A stretch of DNA of 64,000 nucleotides from Moniliella sp. 'wahieum' (lineage: Eukaryota): NCBI GenBank assembly GCA_003971905.1, contig RSEE01000017.1, positions 62,001 through 126,000 on the forward strand. Reading direction: 5' to 3'. The notes under the pieces are model-generated. The model ran no database searches. It worked only from the letters and a program-made list of their open reading frames with translations, and was not told the DNA's origin. The position numbers were made by a program, and so were the translations under genes. Positions within the stretch are counted from its first letter, which is position 1. Each line of letters starts with the position of its first letter. Positions 61,240-64,000 of the stretch are shown here, one piece after another.

Positions 61240-61957
61240 GCTTTTCGTTTTGGACCATCCGCCCCTGTTCTCCTTGTGCTCTGGCGGTCAGCCACACCGC
61301 GGCGACTGAGGTCAGCAGGTGTGACGTCAATGAAATGTTCGGCCCACGGCGCGACCTTGGCGCCTCTGAGGGGCTGCGGCGAGCCTGAGGCTGGACCTGA
61401 GAATATTAGTGACTCGCGTGACGCTGCCCGACGTGCTCGTGAGACGATGATGTCGACGATGGATGACGTGGATGACTCGATGACTTGAAGCTTGAAGCTT
61501 CCCGAGCATGACTAACTGGGCTGGGCGCCCGAAGCAACCGATTGGGCGCGGCCAGAGAATGGGCTCAGGCTCGGCGGAATTCGGTGGCGGCGGTGGATGA
61601 CGCGGACGAGGATGGATGAGATGGATCAGACGCATGGGGCGAATCCACAGGGAGACTGGTGGGGTGCCCAACCCCCACCCAACCGGCGTGCAGGGCATGG
61701 CTGTGTGACGCGTGGTGTGGGAGCGCATCAGTGCGTGGCGCGTGAGCGCGTGAGCAGCCACTAGTCAGGTCAACTGGTATGGCTAAGGCCTGGTAACCGG
61801 TAACTGGTAAGGCCCAGCCTGGCCCAGCACTGGCCCAGCCCCGCCCCCCGCACGGCGGTGGGTCGATGGTCCGTGCGGGGTCGCACACACTGCTCCTGTG
61901 CCCCAGCCCCTCAAGTCGTACAAGAGGGAGCAGCTGCCTGGTTCTCTGGGGTATTTG

Positions 61958-61965
61958 TATAAATA
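61958..61965 (+). promoter_or_regulatory. TATA box upstream of RTC3
   Basis: TATAAATA about 135 bp upstream of ATG 62101, in GC-rich context. Confidence 0.6.
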
Positions 61966-62100
61966 CCCTCGCAAGAATCTCGCCATTTCCCATTGCATCA
62001 CACCCATCCACTCCTCTCCTCGCAACCAACGCATTCTCGTACCCCTCTGTGCCCCCCATTCGGTTCCACTCCTATTTCCCACTGCCCCTCCTCATCCATC

Positions 62101-62538
62101 ATGGCGCCCCGCTCGTACCTCAAGGTCACCCTCAAGCCTGAACACCGCTCTCAAGAAGAGTTCCAAGTCGTTGTCAATGGCCCCGAGTACGAAGCGTGGA
62201 AGAAAGACCGGTCGGTCCCGCTCGCCGACGTGGTCGATTCGTTTGACGTGTTTGTCACGCTCCAAGGCTCCCAGGGCATGATGGGCCGTGCAAGCAAATG
62301 CAGCTCGAAAACTCCTTCCCCGGTGCAAAGGAAGTGGAGGTGGTAGAGCAGATTCTTGAGCGCGGCACGCTCATGTCTTCCAGTACGTTTTCTTCGCCCT
62401 CTTCCTCCTCTTGCGGTCTTGTGAGGCACTCGTCTGACGCTTGTATATAGCTACCAAGGGCGGGTACACGACAATGACAGCAAGCTGGGCGGCAACTCGG
62501 TCTCGCGCGGCGCAAGCGGCGGATTTGGCGGCCGGTAA
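62101..62538 (+). CDS. RTC3: SBDS N-terminal domain protein Rtc3 (YHR087W-like), frameshifted
   Basis: EEFQVVVNGPEYEAWKKDRSVPLADVVDSFDVFVT.QGSQGMMGRASK.QLENSF...VEQILERG. Intron 62383-62450. Confidence 0.88.
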
Positions 62539-63426
62539 ACCCTCGGTCCTTTTGCCGTCAAGTGTCGGGGGTTGGGGTCCCTCATTTCAAGCCAACCTTC
62601 CTCGTCTTTCTCATGACCATTGGGAGATGCATTGGCCCCCATTGGATCGCATGCCCGCCATCGTGGTCCGGCATTAAGCTTCCCCCCACCTCTGTACTTT
62701 CACAAGTTGTCTGTGTCTCCCACTTAACGCATAACCACATTGAGTAGTAATCATCCAGTGTCCTTGTGGGTTAGCCCTGGCGTTGGGCACGTCGGATAGT
62801 TTGCGCAATGGCAGTAACACACACGCCTGGAACGATGAAGGGGACCGAGAAGAGATGAGCGGCAGAATCGACTTGATTGCGCTTGGGGGAGGAGTGGCAC
62901 CTGCTCTATGTAATGCAAGGGAGCAAGGGTAGACTGAGGGTCTCTTCGTTGCTGGGATGCATACGTTCGTACAGGCGCAATGAATAGGCGAGGCTTCCAT
63001 GCAAGGGAGGGACTGGCGTGCGGATGGGGTGCGATCAAGGCGGGCAGGCGACGCAAGTGAGGTTGAAGCGCCATCCAATTGGCATCTGCTGGGTGGCTGC
63101 CAGTGCACGGACCAGCCGAGGCAGCCACACTGGCGCGCTGCGCTGCCATGTGCTGGCGTCATGCGGTTGGGACACACTGCTGCCGTGCGGGGCGGGGGCG
63201 CGGTGGTCGCCGGGGACGCGGGACGCGGGACGGCAGAGGCAGAGCACGCAGAACCCTAGCGGCCACACGGCGCCGTGCGGGCGGGTGCGCAGCCGCAACC
63301 GGCCGCTTATCGCCACGCGGCCCCAGGCGCTGGGCGCTTAAAAGACGTTGGCCACCCGCACGACGGCGGCTGTACGAGCCTCCGTCCTCCCGCCACCGCC
63401 TCCCCCGCCGCTGGACTGGACCCACG

Positions 63427-64000
63427 ATGCGCCTCTCCACTGCCTTTGGCCTTGCCCTCGCTGCTGCCGTCGCCTCCGCGCGCCCCGCCCCCCAGAACCG
63501 CTTTGTGCCCGGCGCAGACGTGCAGGATGCCTCGGTCATCCCCGCTGCCCTCCGCAGCGCTCAGGACCACTTGGGCGAGCTGCCCGGCAAGTACATGATC
63601 AAGCTCAAGAACGGCGTCTCCACCGCCTCCTTCCTCGCCCACCAACAGCTCATTGCTGCCGCCCAGGTCGAGGCCAGTGCTTACCGCGGCTTTGGCGTGG
63701 CCACTGCCGCAGAGCATGGCATTCGCCACGTCTACGACCTGGATGAGCACCTCCAAGGTTACGCCGGCCAATTCACCGACGATGTCCTCGCCTTTATCCG
63801 CGCCCAGCCTGAGGTGGAGTATGTCGAGCGCGATTCGATTGTCACGACGCAGGAGATCCGCCCGGATGAGCATTCTGCCTGGCTCCATGACTTTTCCACC
63901 CCTTCCGTTTCCACCAAGGAGCACGAGCACCTGACTGAGAAGGGTGCCCCCTGGGGTCTCGCCCGCATTTCGCACCGCGAAGAGTTGGGCTTTGGCAACT
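63427..64000 (+). CDS. PRB1: Subtilisin-like serine protease (S8, proteinase B/cerevisin-like), 5' part; truncated by window end
   Basis: Signal peptide MRLSTAFGLALAAAVASA, I9 prodomain PGKYMIKLK..GIRHVYD..GYAGQF..IRAQPEVEYVERDSIV, mature start EKGAPWGLARISHR. One frameshift near 63490-63530. Confidence 0.92.
   Translation, partial: MRLSTAFGLALAAAVASARPAPQNRFVPGADVQDASVIPAALRSAQDHLGELPGKYMIKLKNGVSTASFLAHQQLIAAAQVEASAYRGFGVATAAEHGIRHVYDLDEHLQGYAGQFTDDVLAFIRAQPEVEYVERDSIVTTQEIRPDEHSAWLHDFSTPSVSTKEHEHLTEKGAPWGLARISHREELGFGN

Noticed and set aside
1..64000. CRISPR arrays, transposons, prophage or biosynthetic gene cluster
   Set aside because: No repeat-spacer arrays, transposase/RT/integrase motifs, LTR or TIR pairs, or PKS/NRPS genes seen. 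The neighbouring genes are functionally unrelated housekeeping genes.

Overview
This is a gene-dense, GC-rich fungal (eukaryotic) chromosomal window. Short GT-AG introns with CTRAC branch points and the gene content point to a basidiomycete; finer taxonomy cannot be fixed from this sequence. Nearly every long CDS is broken by single-base frameshifts, usually at homopolymers or short repeats. This indicates an unpolished long-read assembly rather than mass pseudogenisation, so the six-frame ORFs are fragments and many CDS boundaries are approximate. Recognisable genes in order: HSBP1-like coiled-coil protein, kinesin-1 heavy chain, a protein with a degenerate bromodomain, two Ser/Thr-rich single-pass membrane proteins, a membrane-anchored GH79, SNX3, a TRA2-like SR protein, RPL18, IWR1, a VTC1-like protein, MMM1, mitochondrial Ohr, alpha-actinin, SREBP/Sre1, an LLPH/YBL028C-like protein, mitochondrial bL19 (IMG1), NOT3/5, SLC1, RTC3 and a partial proteinase-B-like subtilisin. 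The most interesting signals are absent from the ORF track. (i) A spliced, apparently non-coding minus-strand host gene at about 50.7-51.8 kb carries an intronic snR75/U15-like box C/D snoRNA in its first intron and unexplained multi-stem structure in the next intron; it is divergent from a 60S-biogenesis gene. (ii) An intron-containing tRNA with anticodon CAA has, as assembled, no long variable arm. (iii) A cryptic spliced bromodomain lacks the acetyl-lysine-binding Asn. No CRISPR arrays, rRNA genes or recognisable transposons were seen.
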